A stretch of 64,000 bases of DNA from Nemertoderma westbladi (taxonomy: Eukaryota; Animalia; Xenacoelomorpha), in NCBI GenBank assembly GCA_032718475.1, contig JAUCBJ010004931.1, forward strand, positions 100 to 64,099, in the 5' to 3' direction. Below the pieces are notes generated by a model. It was not told where the DNA came from, did not search any database, and worked only from the letters and a program-made list of their open reading frames with translations. Made by a program: the position numbers and the translations under genes. Positions within the stretch are counted from its first letter, which is position 1, and every line of letters starts with the position of its first letter. Below are positions 62,728 through 64,000 of this stretch, piece after piece.

Positions 62728-62739
62728 TACCGGTATCAG

Positions 62740-63830
62740 TAAACCAGCAGTCGATAACAAGATAACAAGATGTATAAAGTTCTGTAGCCTACCTCTATGC
62801 CAAAACATTCAAAATTTGTTGATTTTGCTAATAATGATGTTCCATCGGATTATATAGCTATACTCAATATCCATATCCCTTTCCAACCCAAGGCTCTGAT
62901 TGGCTCTCCATTTGTGTGAGCTGATTAATGTACTGCTACCAAACCTGGCCTTCTCTGTAGTTACATGGGTATGTTATACATTATTACCTACAGTATATTG
63001 CACCTAAGCTCCCCTTGTGGTTTATTGGTGAGATTGTGCCCCTTTACTTGGATGATAGATTTGGTGCCGACCAAATCTACTATTGTTATTCTTGGGTTGC
63101 CAATATATGGATTTTTTTCCCTCTATGGCGTGGGCCGCTTTTTATTGCTAAAATTCTCCAGTAGCTTTGGTCGCTACGGTAACATTTACGAATTTATCGA
63201 GATAAATAATAAATAATAGGCCACTCGATGATGGTACTTGTCTCATTGCTCTGCTGGCGGTGATTTTCATTATATTGTAAATATAGTATGATTTCAGAAA
63301 TATTGCACAGAAAATATGGAGCATTTTTTCGCCGCAGCCCAGACGTTTCAGTGTTTCCAACAGGTAGTCCGTGTGGTACGTTATCATAGGCCTTTGCAAA
63401 GTCGATAAATATTTCAAATAACTTCACCTGTTTAAATTTAACGTAGTCAAATAGCAGCCTTACACTATATATTGGTTCCGTACAGCTTCTTAATTTTTGG
63501 GCACCTACTTGGCATCTCTCAATTGCACACCAATTTTCGCAGTTTGTTACGGGTATCAAAGAGTTTGGCAAATGAGTCTATAATAACTATACCACGGTGT
63601 TGTCACAATCTAATTCCGGTCCCTTCTTATAGTACAGTCAACCTAACGATAAAGAGGAGGTATCCCAAAACTAATACTTTTTTAATTATACATTATCCCG
63701 CTAATATCACCAAAAATGTCCTTTGTATCTCCTTTGTATTTCGGTACTGTAGTGCTGCAGTGTGTTTTATTATTTTGTTTAGGTTTGATATTGAAAACAA
63801 TAATTTTAAATCTGGTTGCAAAAATATAAA
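62740..63830 (-). mobile_element. Degenerate APE-type LINE RT fragment; probably continues at about 57300-57900 on the other side of the CRE insertion
   Basis: IFIDFAKAYDNVP, LKRLGCGEKML and RQ..SSSGLLFIIYLD; YLGVRF-like segment downstream. Confidence 0.65.
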
Positions 63831-64000
63831 ATAAGACTAACCTATGTTCTTGAGTTGTCGCTTATTGTTTTGGTTAAAAAAGCCCAACACTGCAATCTGC
63901 TCCTTTCCATCAATAAATTGAATGATGTAGCTTCGTTTATTGTATTGGCAAGAGCTAGAAAACCCCGCCACTGTAACCTGCTCCTTTCCTTTAAATTACG

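Overview
AT-rich animal (probably invertebrate) genomic DNA, almost entirely nested transposons and minisatellites. There is one apparent host gene: an intronless, divergent SLC6-family transporter (23905-26268, minus strand). Retroelements include a deleted Penelope-like element, several RTE-like LINE copies, two CRE-type RLE retrotransposons (one near full length, carrying Ulp1-like protease and SAP domains) and tRNA-derived SINEs. DNA elements include an EnSpm-like element with nested MITEs, Harbinger and Merlin/MULE-like MITEs, a pogo-like transposase relic and an Academ transposon. The most unusual object is a recent 7.9-kb pol-less LTR element (45977-53909) inserted in the Academ relic. 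It has apparently identical 551-bp LTRs, a 5-bp TSD, a BEL/Pao-type gag split by a UGA and two G-runs, no tRNA-type PBS, and about 42 small stem-loops with a compensatory base change where pol would be. All calls come from reading the sequence by eye; no searches were run and copy counts are approximate.
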